Below, one piece after another: positions 45,565-54,675 of a DNA stretch of 64,000 nucleotides; within the stretch, counting starts at the first letter, position 1; each line of letters starts with the position of its first letter. Where the stretch lies: NCBI GenBank assembly GCA_045631485.1, contig JAZQUU010000034.1, positions 25,457 through 89,456 of the forward strand. The letters are read 5' to 3'. This stretch comes from Clostridia bacterium (lineage in GTDB: Bacteria > Bacillota > Clostridia > UMGS1840). Position numbers and translations under genes: made by a program. The notes below the pieces were generated by a model. It was not told the origin of the DNA. It saw only the letters and a list, made by a program, of their open reading frames with translations, and searched no databases.

Positions 45565-47361
45565 TTAGTTTATTTTTTCAAAGTCAGAAGCCCCGTGTTT
45601 ACATAAGGGACAGATAAAATCATCGGGCAAGGACTCACCCTCATACACATAGCCGCAGATTTTGCAGACATAGCCTTTTTTATCTGCCTCGGGCTTTGGT
45701 TTCACATTCTGATGATAGTAAGCATAGGTCATAGACTCTGCCTGATTGATAACTCTTGCCTCGGTGACGGAGCAGATAAACATTCCGTGGGTATCCAAAT
45801 CCACATAATTTTCCACTTTTAAGGAGAGGAAAGAGTTGATATTCCGGGATAAGAACACCAGTCCGTTATCGGAGCGAAGCACTTCCGCACCCTCAAATTT
45901 ATCCACATTTCTGCCGCTTTGGAAACCAAATTGCTCAAATACGGAGAACGGTGTGTCCACACTTAAGCAGTTCATATTCATTTTGCCCGTCTGCTTAATG
46001 ATATGGTGAGAATAGTTTTCTTTGTTGATAGTCACGGCAATACGATTGGGATTATTGGTCACCTGAGAAACGGTATTTACAATCAAGCCGTTGTCTTTTT
46101 TACCGTCGTTTGAGGTAATCACATATAAGCCGTAGCCGATGTTAAAGAGGGCAGACAGATTGTTTTTATCCACATCTTCCCCCTGTTGTGCCTGATATTC
46201 TGTGCAAAGTTCTTCGGATAATTTGGTCAGTTGCTCCAAAGAAGCATCATTTAATGCAGACAAAATGGTAACCTCATTTTCGCAGAAGGTTAAGTTTTTG
46301 GATTTGGCAAAACATTCTTTCATCACTTTGGTAGCTAAGGGTGCCCAGCTTCCGTTCTGAATAAATGCAACGGTACGATTCTGATAATTACGCTCGGTTA
46401 AATGATTTAAAAATTCTCGCATAAAGGGAAAAATTTCCGCATTGTAGGTGGTGGTTGCCAACACCAGCTTACTGTAACGGAAGGCATCCTCCACCGCTTC
46501 TGCCATATCGCAGCGTGCCAAATCGTTTACCACCACTTTGGGGCAACCTTTGGCTTTTAGTTGGTCTGCCAGTTTTAACACCGCTTTTTTGGTGTTGCCG
46601 TAAACGGAAGTGTAGGCAATCATAATGCCTTCTTCCTCAGGCTGATAGCTTGACCAGGTGTTGTATAAACCAAGATAATATCCTAAATTTTCGCTTAACA
46701 CGGGGCCGTGGAGCGGGCAGATGGTTTCAATTTCCAAGCCTGCCGCTTTTTTTAATAAATTCTGCACCTGAGCTCCGTATTTACCCACAATGCCGATGTA
46801 GTAACGACGAGCTTCGCACGCCCAGTCTTCCTCGATATCCAATGCACCGAATTTGCCGAATCCGTCGGCAGAAAAGAGCACTTTATCGGCGGAATCATAG
46901 GTCACGATAACCTCGGGCCAATGCACCATAGGTGCGGTGACAAAGGTAAGGTTGTGCGTTCCCAAAGATAAGGTATCCCCTTCGCCAACCACCATCTGTT
47001 TGTCGGAAAAGTCCATGCCGAAAAACTGATTCATCATGGTGAATGCTTTAGCTGATGCCACGATTTTCGCATCGGGATAAGCTTTCAAAAAGTTCACGAT
47101 GTTGGCGGAATGGTCAGGCTCCATGTGCTGAATAATGAGATAATCGGGCTTTCTTCCTGACAAAGTATTTTGCAGATTGTCCAACCATTCGTGAGTGAAG
47201 TTGATATCCACGGTATCCAAAACCGCAATTTTATCATCCAAAATCACATAGGAATTGTAAGACATTCCGTTGGGCACATCGTATTGCCCTTCAAATAAAT
47301 CAATTTTATGGTCATTGACGCCAATGTATTTGATATCTTTGGTAATTTGCATAGGGTTCAC
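45565..47361 (-). CDS. Four-domain flavodiiron protein: metallo-beta-lactamase-like diiron + flavodoxin + flavin-reductase-like + C-terminal rubredoxin
   Basis: 598 aa. The diiron motif is IIQHMEPDHSANI. The flavodoxin-like region is IMIAYTSVYGNTKK. A flavin-reductase-like segment follows (YGLYVITSNDGKKDNGLIVNTVSQV..). The C-terminal rubredoxin is YVCKICGYVYEGESLPDDFICPLCKHG. Confidence 0.8.
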   Translation of the reverse strand: MNPMQITKDIKYIGVNDHKIDLFEGQYDVPNGMSYNSYVILDDKIAVLDTVDINFTHEWLDNLQNTLSGRKPDYLIIQHMEPDHSANIVNFLKAYPDAKIVASAKAFTMMNQFFGMDFSDKQMVVGEGDTLSLGTHNLTFVTAPMVHWPEVIVTYDSADKVLFSADGFGKFGALDIEEDWACEARRYYIGIVGKYGAQVQNLLKKAAGLEIETICPLHGPVLSENLGYYLGLYNTWSSYQPEEEGIMIAYTSVYGNTKKAVLKLADQLKAKGCPKVVVNDLARCDMAEAVEDAFRYSKLVLATTTYNAEIFPFMREFLNHLTERNYQNRTVAFIQNGSWAPLATKVMKECFAKSKNLTFCENEVTILSALNDASLEQLTKLSEELCTEYQAQQGEDVDKNNLSALFNIGYGLYVITSNDGKKDNGLIVNTVSQVTNNPNRIAVTINKENYSHHIIKQTGKMNMNCLSVDTPFSVFEQFGFQSGRNVDKFEGAEVLRSDNGLVFLSRNINSFLSLKVENYVDLDTHGMFICSVTEARVINQAESMTYAYYHQNVKPKPEADKKGYVCKICGYVYEGESLPDDFICPLCKHGASDFEKIN

Positions 47362-47496
47362 CTCTTATATACAAGTTTAGTGTCTCCAAACACGGGAGTT
47401 TTTAAAACAGAACATGCTAAAATACTTTTGCATTTTTATTATATCATACCAAAAAAAATTTTACAATATTTTTTTAGAAAAATTTCAATCAAAAAA

Positions 47497-47944
47497 GGCT
47501 CCCTTGTGTAAAGGGAGCTGTCAGCAACGCTGACTGAGGGATTGTTGCACCACCTCATCAATATGAGTGCAAACCCCCAAGAAATTGCTTTGTATATCAA
47601 GATTTGAAAACCTCAATACTTTGATGCCATATTGTTCCAAGTAAATCGTTCTTTCAGCATCATTTTTTAATCCTATGTCTTCATAATGAGAAGAACCATC
47701 AAGTTCAACCACAAGATTTGCTTTGGCACAGTAAAAATCCGCAATATATTTCCCCAATATTTTTTGGCGAATAAAACGTACGGGATAGTGTTTTAGAAAA
47801 TCATACCACAAATGTCGTTCTTCTTTGGTCATATTGTTACGAAGAGCTTTTGCAAAAGGAACCATATTTTTATTATGTTTTCTATCCATTTACAATCCCT
47901 CAGTCTTGGCTTCGCCAATCCAGCTCCCTTTACACAAGGGAGCC
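47497..47944 (-). mobile_element. DUF559 gene cassette bounded by inverted hairpin repeats (candidate small selfish/mobile element)
   Basis: Left end 47497..47520 is GGCTCCCTTGTGTAAAGGGAGCTG. Right end 47921..47944 is CAGCTCCCTTTACACAAGGGAGCC, its exact reverse complement (24/24). The inner arms TCAGCAACGCTGACTGAGGGATTG (47521..47544) and CAATCCCTCAGTC (47893..47905) are also inverted. Confidence 0.45.
47521..47889 (-). CDS. DUF559 (Vsr/restriction-endonuclease-like fold) domain protein
   Basis: 122 aa. ..MTKEERHLWYDFLKHYPVRFIRQKILGKYIADFYCAKANLVVELDGSSHYED..DAERTIYLEQYGIKVLRFSN.. is the typical DUF559 pattern. The last six codons (SLSQRC) and the stop lie inside the left terminal repeat. 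Confidence 0.8.
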   Translation of the reverse strand: MDRKHNKNMVPFAKALRNNMTKEERHLWYDFLKHYPVRFIRQKILGKYIADFYCAKANLVVELDGSSHYEDIGLKNDAERTIYLEQYGIKVLRFSNLDIQSNFLGVCTHIDEVVQQSLSQRC

Positions 47945-48020
47945 GCTTTTTACTTACCAAAATTATAACACAAAGATTTTTATTTTACAATATTTTTTCT
48001 AAAAAATCCTGTCAAAAAAC

Positions 48021-48050
48021 ACAAAAAAAGACGATGCATAACGCATCGCC
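48021..48050 (-). terminator. Intrinsic terminator of the efp / Cys-Asp-repeat gene operon
   Basis: The minus-strand RNA is GGCGAUGC-GUUAU-GCAUCGUC followed by UUUUUUUGU. The G:U pair forms only in the minus-strand transcript. Confidence 0.75.
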
Positions 48051-48070
48051 TTTTTCTTGCTAAAAATGAA

Positions 48071-48505
48071 TTAGTCTTCGCAATCGCAGTCACAATCGCA
48101 ACCGCAGCCGCAACCTTCGGGCAGATCCAATTCAATCTGCTGACGGCAGGAAGGGCAGTAAATATCTTCGGTTTCCAAGGTTTCACCGTCAACATAAACT
48201 TCTTCGCCACAGTTGGGGCAAGTGATTTCATAAACATCTTCATCGTCACAATCGCAATCGCAGTCACAATCGTCTTCATCATCTTCAAAAACGATGTCTT
48301 CCACGTCTGCCAAATCGTCGGATAAATTGTCCATTTCTTCCTGAACCATTGCCAAATCGTCATCGATTTCCACAATGTATTCATTCATTTCTGCCAGAAC
48401 ATCTAAGATACCTGCGATGATTCTGCCTTCGTTTGTGGATTCATCCACTTTTAAGCCTTCTGCCAGGCCTTTTAAGTAAGCGATTTTTTCGCCGATATTT
48501 TCCAT
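48071..48505 (-). CDS. Acidic zinc-ribbon protein with Cys-Asp dipeptide repeats (CD1247 N-terminal-domain-like family)
   Basis: 144 aa. It has an N-terminal helical region, then DDCDCDCDCDDED, then the zinc ribbon CPNCG..(22 aa)..CPSC, and the C-terminal tail GCGCGCDCDCDCED. It lies immediately downstream of efp. Confidence 0.6.
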   Translation of the reverse strand: MENIGEKIAYLKGLAEGLKVDESTNEGRIIAGILDVLAEMNEYIVEIDDDLAMVQEEMDNLSDDLADVEDIVFEDDEDDCDCDCDCDDEDVYEITCPNCGEEVYVDGETLETEDIYCPSCRQQIELDLPEGCGCGCDCDCDCED

Positions 48506-48540
48506 AGGAATTCTCCTTTCAAATAAGGAAGCAAAAGAGA

Positions 48541-49098
48541 CTACGCTCTTTCCATGTAGCTTCCGTCTCTGGTGTCGATTCTTAAAACGTCACCAATGTT
48601 GATAAACAGGGGCACGTTGATGGTTGCACCGGTTTCTAAGGTTGCGGGTTTGGTTGCACCCTGAGCGGTGTTACCTGCCAAGCCGGGTTCGGTTTCGGTA
48701 ACTTCCAGTTCCACAAAGTTGGGGGGTTCGATACCGAATACGTTGCCGTTGTGAGATAAGATTTTCACGCAATCATTTTCTTTTACGAATTTTAATGCGT
48801 CACCCACCTGGCTTGCATTGATGGGAATCATGTCGAAGGTTTCCTGGTCCATAAAGTAATACAGGTCACCATCGTTGTAAGAATACTGCATATCTTTTCT
48901 TTCGATATGAGCTTTCGGGAATTTATCGGTGGGTCTGTAAGTTTTTTCAACTACAGAACCGGTGATAATATTTTTGATTTTGGTTCTAACGAACGCCGCA
49001 CCTTTCCCGGGTTTTACATGCTGAAATTCAACAACCTGAAAAATATTTCCGTCTTCTTCAAAGGTAACGCCGTTTCTGAAATCGCCAGCTCCTACCAT
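48541..49098 (-). CDS. efp: Translation elongation factor P
   Basis: [47 protein letters not shown]... is canonical EF-P. ATG 49098 is preceded by AGAGGAGAA. The track's 49164 start is an extension. Confidence 0.95.
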   Translation of the reverse strand: MVGAGDFRNGVTFEEDGNIFQVVEFQHVKPGKGAAFVRTKIKNIITGSVVEKTYRPTDKFPKAHIERKDMQYSYNDGDLYYFMDQETFDMIPINASQVGDALKFVKENDCVKILSHNGNVFGIEPPNFVELEVTETEPGLAGNTAQGATKPATLETGATINVPLFINIGDVLRIDTRDGSYMERA

Positions 49099-49168
49099 AG
49101 TAAATTCTCCTCTCAATCGGAAAAAATTCCGTTTATAGTTCTTAATTATATTACAATATAACAAGTAT

Positions 49169-49197
49169 ATTATAGCAAAGGTCTTTCAAAATTGCAA
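49169..49197 (-). promoter_or_regulatory. Sigma-A-type promoter for efp
   Basis: The minus strand reads TTGCAA (49197..49192), a 17-nt spacer, then TATAAT (49174..49169). Confidence 0.6.
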
Positions 49198-49259
49198 GAT
49201 ATTTTTTCAATATTTTTGCGCTTTTGGATTTTTTTAGTATTTTTAGAAGTTTTTCTTGC

Positions 49260-49730
49260 TTAATAACCCGAAAATCTTCGTTCTTTGCGGAGTTCTTTTC
49301 GTTTTTGGGCAGCTTCCCACTCCATTTTTTCGGTGGGAGTTTCCGCAATCAGCTTGGGCACCTTTTGGGGATTCTGATTGGCATCAATGGCAACCATCAC
49401 AAGGTAAGCGGTGTTAATCAGACGGAGTCTGCCGTTTTCCCGTTCACGGAAGGTGTCCACACGAATCTCCATAGAGGTGTTGCCCGCATAGGTGATGCGT
49501 CCCCGAAGAACCAAGGTGTCTCCCGGGAAAGCCCCTTCCTTAAACTGCAAACGGTCTATGGAAGCGGTGGTTACATTACAACCTGCATGGCGGCGTGCGG
49601 TGATTGCTGCCACAATGTCTATCCAGGCAAGCAATCGTCCCCCGAACAATCTGCCCGACGGGTTCAAATCTTCAGGCAGAACCAGCTGGACCTGCTCGGT
49701 TTCGGAATCTTTTACAGTTTTTGTAAGCAA
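49260..49730 (-). CDS. Acyl-CoA thioesterase (hotdog fold, YciA-like)
   Basis: ..LPEDLNPSGRLFGGRLLAWIDIVAAITARRHAG..VTTASIDRLQFKEGAFPGDTLVLRGRITYAGNTSMEIRV.. is typical of this family. Confidence 0.8.
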   Translation of the reverse strand: MLTKTVKDSETEQVQLVLPEDLNPSGRLFGGRLLAWIDIVAAITARRHAGCNVTTASIDRLQFKEGAFPGDTLVLRGRITYAGNTSMEIRVDTFRERENGRLRLINTAYLVMVAIDANQNPQKVPKLIAETPTEKMEWEAAQKRKELRKERRFSGY

Positions 49731-49809
49731 ATGAAAATGCCTCCTTACCCTTTTTGAAAATGGTTGCAGTTATCCATAGAATTCCCGTTTTTTCGGGAAA
49801 GTATTCTCT

Positions 49810-50226
49810 TTAGTATTTCACGGAAATAGACTGCACGCGTTTTACGCCGTTTGCATCCACGGTGTAGGTTAAATCCACCATAGAGCCGTCAGTAATGCCC
49901 ATTGCTTCCAAATCAATTTCGGGAGAAATCTGATAGGATTTTTCGGGTTTGCCGTCTTCGGGATTTGCTTCGATGATTACTAAAAGGTTATTGTCTGCCA
50001 TACCGATATACATACCGGTTGCCTGATAGGTTTCCCCGTCTTTGGTGGGTTCTTTTTCGGTGATTGCGGGAGGGATACCGGATTCGGGATCGGGAGATGC
50101 AATCACTTCCGCAGCATCGGGAGTTTTGGGTGTTTCGGGAGTTCCGGTTGCAGGCTGTTTGGTGCCGCAAGCGGTGAGGCACAAAAGAACTGCCAATAAA
50201 AGTGCTGTTAATTTTAAAGTTTTCAT
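49810..50226 (-). CDS. Small lipoprotein of unknown function
   Basis: The signal peptide plus lipobox is LLCLTACGTK. A Pro/Thr/Glu-rich linker and a small beta-rich C-terminal domain follow. Confidence 0.6.
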   Translation of the reverse strand: MKTLKLTALLLAVLLCLTACGTKQPATGTPETPKTPDAAEVIASPDPESGIPPAITEKEPTKDGETYQATGMYIGMADNNLLVIIEANPEDGKPEKSYQISPEIDLEAMGITDGSMVDLTYTVDANGVKRVQSISVKY

Positions 50227-50311
50227 AACTAAAATCCTTTCTTTGTTCGGAATTTTGATACTGTTGGGCTTTTCTTTATTATAGTTTCCTTTTTCGGTTT
50301 TGTCAACCTTT

Positions 50312-53300
50312 TTAGTCGGAAACCAGTTTCACATTGTCTGCCCCCAGCAAATCGGAAAGCTTTTCAATCAAAATGGCATTTTCACTGACCCAAAGGGTTT
50401 TGGGTGCAACGGTAAGCCGTTTTTCTTTCTCAAAATACACATACACGGGGGTTTCTCCCGAAAAGAAGGTGAGTAGTTTTTTCACATCGTTCATCAGAGG
50501 CGATGCTTCTTCGGGAAGTTTTAAATAAAGCTTCAGATAGGTTAAATCGGTGGAAAATCTGCGAAGACCCGTTAAGATGAATTTAAAGGTGTCTTCCCCC
50601 TCCAGCACCAATCTGCCGTCTGCCACCACGATATTATCTTCGATAATGGCATCGGTGTTTCGCACATATAAATCGGGGAAGGCAATGGCACTCACCACAC
50701 CGGACATATCCTCCAGGCTAAAGAATGCCATACGGGTTCCCTGCTTGGTACGGCGGACATCCAGATTACAAATCACACCGATGATGGTGATATTCTTTTC
50801 CGAAATCCCCTCTTCCAGCATAGATTCTTTGGTGGCAACAATGGGGTCTCCCCCCATAGAACGGATTTTCTTCTGGAATTGCTCCAGAGGATGCCCCGAA
50901 ACATACAACCCAAGCACCTGCTTTTCCATTTTTAAATCATCGGGCGTGGGTTTGTAACGCTCTTTCTTTTTCGTGCTTTTTTGAGTGGGTTCCGGTGATG
51001 GCTCCCGCATAGCTGCGCCAAACAAATCAAGCTGACCGCTGACGTGAGTCTGCAACACGTGAGCCTGCTCGTCCATTAAGGGTTCGAACGCCAAAAGCAG
51101 CTCGCCCCGCGTGTCAAACTCGTCAAAACAACCCGACAAAATGAGAGCTTCCATTGCTTTTTTGTTGAGTTGTTTGCCCTGCATACGCTTGATAAAATCT
51201 TCTAAGGATTGGAATTCGCCCACATTTTCCCGCTCTCTTACAATGGCTTCTGCCAATTGTTTGCCGATGCCTTTGATGGCAGTTAAGCCAAACACAATGT
51301 CATCGTTTTTCACGGTAAAGGTCACATTTCCCGTGTTGATACCGGGAGAATGGACACGGATTCCCCGTTCCCTTGCGGACTGAATATAATAGGCAACCTT
51401 TTCGGTAAATGCCATATAGGATGTGAGAAGTGCCGCATAAAAATGGGCAGGATAATAGGTTTTTAAATACGCCGTCTGATAAGCTAACACCGAATAGCAG
51501 GCGGCGTGCGACTTGTTAAATGCATAGGATGCAAAATCTTCGATTTCACGGAAAATGCTTTCCGCTATGGCAGGGTCAATGCCGTTTTTTTGGCAACCCT
51601 CCACAAACTTTTCTTTTTCCCGAAGCAGAACATCTGCTTTCTTTTTGGAAATGGCACGGCGGATAATATCTGCCTGCCCGAGGGCATAGCCTGCCAACTG
51701 ACGAAAAATTTCCATCACCTGCTCCTGATACACAATGCAACCGTAGGTCACCGATAAAATGGGTTCCAGCTCTTTGCATGAATATTTGACGAGCGTGGGA
51801 TTTTCTTTGTTTCTGATAAATTCGGGAATCTTTTTGGCAGGACCCGGTCGGTACAGAGAAATTGCCGCAATCACATCTTCAAAGGTGCGGGGGCGAAAGT
51901 CTCTTAAAAAGTTTTTCATTCCCGAGGATTCCAACTGAAATACCCCGTCGGTATCTCCCGAGGAAAGCAAATCATACACCTTGGGGTCGTCATAGCTAAG
52001 TTGGGTGAGCAAAATCTGTTTGCCCGTCTGACGGTAAATGGCAGAAACCGTGTCTTCAATGACGGTTAAATTCCGAAGTCCCAAAAAGTCCATTTTTAAA
52101 AGTCCCAAAGACTCTAAGTGCGCCATTTCATACTGGGTGGCAGCCGCATCGGTCACGTTGCACAAGGGCACCAGGTTCACCGCAGGCTCTCCCGTAATGA
52201 GCACCCCTGCCGCATGGACGGTGGTGTGACGGATATGCCCCTCCAGTTTGCGGGAGGTGTCCACCAGTTTTTTGATGTCGGGGTTTTCGTCGTACAGCTC
52301 TTTTAAGCGGTTATCCTTACGATTCATCGCCTCATCCAAAGTGATGTTTAACACCTTGCATTTGGACAATTCCTTGGTCACTTCATCCGCCAGATAGTAC
52401 GGAATCCCCGTGGCACGAGCCACATCCTTCACGGCGGCTCTTGCCTTCATGGTACCGAATGCCACAATCTGTGCCACTTTCTCGGAGCCGTATTTGGAAA
52501 TGACATAATCAATCACTTCCCCACGGCGTTCGTTACAAAAATCAATATCAATATCGGGCATACTCACCCGTTCTTTGTTTAAAAAGCGTTCAAACACCAA
52601 CCCGTAACGGATAGGGTCCACGGTGGTGATATTTAAGCAATAGGCAACTAAGCTTCCTGCGGCAGAGCCTCTTCCGGGCCCCACGGGAATCCCCTTGCCC
52701 TTGGCATAGGCAACAAAATCCCACACAATGAGAAAATAGTCGCAAAAGCCCATGGAAATAATGGTTTGAAGCTCATATTCCAACCGTTCTTTCAATGCAT
52801 CGGTAACGGTTTCGTATTTGGCGGTCAAGCCGTAATAACAAAGCTCCCGAAGATAAGTTTCCGCTTTTTTGGGAGCAGGATATTTGGGAAACCGAAATTC
52901 TCCGAACGGGATTTCCAGATTGCATTTTTCGGCAATTTCCAGGGTGTTTTTCAATAATTCTTCGGGAAACAGCTCTGCCATTTGTTCGTAAGATTTTAAA
53001 TAAAACTCACGGGTTTCAAAACGAATTCTGTTTTCCTCGTCCACCTGACGTTGCATCTGAATGCACATTAAAATGTCTTGAATATCGTGGTCAGACTGCA
53101 AAATATAATGCACGTCGTTGGCACAAACCGCCGGAATCCCAAGCTCACGGGATAACGCCAGAAGCTTTGGCATTACCGTTTTTTCTTCGGGCAGATGATG
53201 GTTATGCACCTCGATATAATAATCGCCTTTTGCAAAAATGCTTTGGTAGAATTGTGCCGTTTTTTTGGCACCCTCCAAATCGTCTGCCAGAATTTTCTGA

Positions 53301-53719
53301 GAAAGCTCCCCTGCAATACATCCCGACAGGCAAATCAGTCCCTCGGTGTGCTCTGAGAGAAGCGTTTTATCAATTCTCGGTTTATAATAAAAGCCTTTTT
53401 TGTAGCTTTCGGTGGAAAGCTTATATAAATTGCGAAGACCGATTTCGTTTTTTGCCAAAAGCACCAGATGATGATACCCCGGCATACTTTTATCTGCCAT
53501 ATCGCCGTATGCCACATAAAATTCACAGCCGATAATAGGCTTTATTCCTTGCGCCTTACATTCCTTGTAAAACTCCATGGCACCGTAAAGGGCACCGTGG
53601 TCGGTAATGGCAAGGGCGGTTTGCCCTAAGCTTTTGGCATAAGAAACAAGCTCCCGAATGCGACACAAGCCGTCCAGAAGACTATATTCGGTATGGACAT
53701 GCAGATGACAAAAATCCAT
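50312..53719 (-). CDS. dnaE: DNA polymerase III alpha subunit (DnaE-type)
   Basis: 1135 aa, with the PHP N-terminus MDFCHLHVHTEYSLLDG, the polymerase core and an OB-fold C-terminus. Confidence 0.95.
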   Translation of the reverse strand: MDFCHLHVHTEYSLLDGLCRIRELVSYAKSLGQTALAITDHGALYGAMEFYKECKAQGIKPIIGCEFYVAYGDMADKSMPGYHHLVLLAKNEIGLRNLYKLSTESYKKGFYYKPRIDKTLLSEHTEGLICLSGCIAGELSQKILADDLEGAKKTAQFYQSIFAKGDYYIEVHNHHLPEEKTVMPKLLALSRELGIPAVCANDVHYILQSDHDIQDILMCIQMQRQVDEENRIRFETREFYLKSYEQMAELFPEELLKNTLEIAEKCNLEIPFGEFRFPKYPAPKKAETYLRELCYYGLTAKYETVTDALKERLEYELQTIISMGFCDYFLIVWDFVAYAKGKGIPVGPGRGSAAGSLVAYCLNITTVDPIRYGLVFERFLNKERVSMPDIDIDFCNERRGEVIDYVISKYGSEKVAQIVAFGTMKARAAVKDVARATGIPYYLADEVTKELSKCKVLNITLDEAMNRKDNRLKELYDENPDIKKLVDTSRKLEGHIRHTTVHAAGVLITGEPAVNLVPLCNVTDAAATQYEMAHLESLGLLKMDFLGLRNLTVIEDTVSAIYRQTGKQILLTQLSYDDPKVYDLLSSGDTDGVFQLESSGMKNFLRDFRPRTFEDVIAAISLYRPGPAKKIPEFIRNKENPTLVKYSCKELEPILSVTYGCIVYQEQVMEIFRQLAGYALGQADIIRRAISKKKADVLLREKEKFVEGCQKNGIDPAIAESIFREIEDFASYAFNKSHAACYSVLAYQTAYLKTYYPAHFYAALLTSYMAFTEKVAYYIQSARERGIRVHSPGINTGNVTFTVKNDDIVFGLTAIKGIGKQLAEAIVRERENVGEFQSLEDFIKRMQGKQLNKKAMEALILSGCFDEFDTRGELLLAFEPLMDEQAHVLQTHVSGQLDLFGAAMREPSPEPTQKSTKKKERYKPTPDDLKMEKQVLGLYVSGHPLEQFQKKIRSMGGDPIVATKESMLEEGISEKNITIIGVICNLDVRRTKQGTRMAFFSLEDMSGVVSAIAFPDLYVRNTDAIIEDNIVVADGRLVLEGEDTFKFILTGLRRFSTDLTYLKLYLKLPEEASPLMNDVKKLLTFFSGETPVYVYFEKEKRLTVAPKTLWVSENAILIEKLSDLLGADNVKLVSD

Positions 53720-53733
53720 AAAAGTTCCTCACA

Positions 53734-54648
53734 CTATAAGCTTTCGGCAATCTTTATCAGTTTGTTTAAACGGTGATTGAGACCTGATTTGGTGATTTTG
53801 GTTTCGGACACTTCGCAAAGCTCCGACAGAGACATGGTGGGGTAGGCAAGTCTTAGCTGCATCGTTTCTTTCAAAGGCTCCGACAAGGTATCCGCCACCG
53901 AGCTTTTCATAATTTTCTGAATGGCTTTGGTCTGCAGAAGTGCGGTGTTGATGGTTTTGTTTTCGTTGGCACTTTCGCAATTCATCTGACGGTTGATTTC
54001 GTTTTTTAATTCCTTTTCCATTTTGATTTCGTGATAGAGGAACAAACCTCGTTTCACGCCGATCATTCCCATAAAATCGCAGATAAGCTCATTGTTTTTT
54101 AAGTAAATCACATATTTGTTCTGACGGGTGATGCTTTTGGCATCAATGCCCACCTCTTCCAGAATGTTTAAAATATCACTAAATACCCGTTTTTTATGGG
54201 TGACGATTTCCAGATGATAGGATTTTTTCGGACTGTTTACAAAGCCTGCCGCCAAAAATGCGGTTTGCAGAACGGTTCGTTTGCAACAATCCGACACCGA
54301 AAAGGAGGGGTCAATTCTGGAAGAAAAGATATTCGCCTTTTCGGAGACCATGTGAAGCTCGTTTTTTAAAATTTCTATATTTTCTTTTCCCGATACCACC
54401 AAATGAATCTGCTTTCTGCTTTTGGAGCCTGCCGAACGGATGTCCGGCTCCAATTCGATTCCCAAAAGCTTTCTGGATAAAATAATAATTCGTCTGGCAA
54501 TGGTGATATTTTCGGTTTTTAAATGAATTTCGCTCCGCTTTTCTTCGCTGAGCATTGCATATAAGGTGGCAAGAGCAGCAAGCTCGCAACAAGGGCGTTT
54601 GGGCATCGCTCCGCTTAATTCTCGTTTGATTTCTCCTGTAAAGGACAT
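53734..54648 (-). CDS. whiA: DNA-binding protein WhiA
   Basis: 304 aa. MSFTGEIKRELSG..RPCCELAAL.. is the LAGLIDADG-like domain, and a C-terminal HTH (..LSELCEVSETKITKSGLNHRLNKL..) is present. Confidence 0.9.
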   Translation of the reverse strand: MSFTGEIKRELSGAMPKRPCCELAALATLYAMLSEEKRSEIHLKTENITIARRIIILSRKLLGIELEPDIRSAGSKSRKQIHLVVSGKENIEILKNELHMVSEKANIFSSRIDPSFSVSDCCKRTVLQTAFLAAGFVNSPKKSYHLEIVTHKKRVFSDILNILEEVGIDAKSITRQNKYVIYLKNNELICDFMGMIGVKRGLFLYHEIKMEKELKNEINRQMNCESANENKTINTALLQTKAIQKIMKSSVADTLSEPLKETMQLRLAYPTMSLSELCEVSETKITKSGLNHRLNKLIKIAESL

Positions 54649-54675
54649 AAGGTTCCTCCTTTTTGGGGGAATTTT

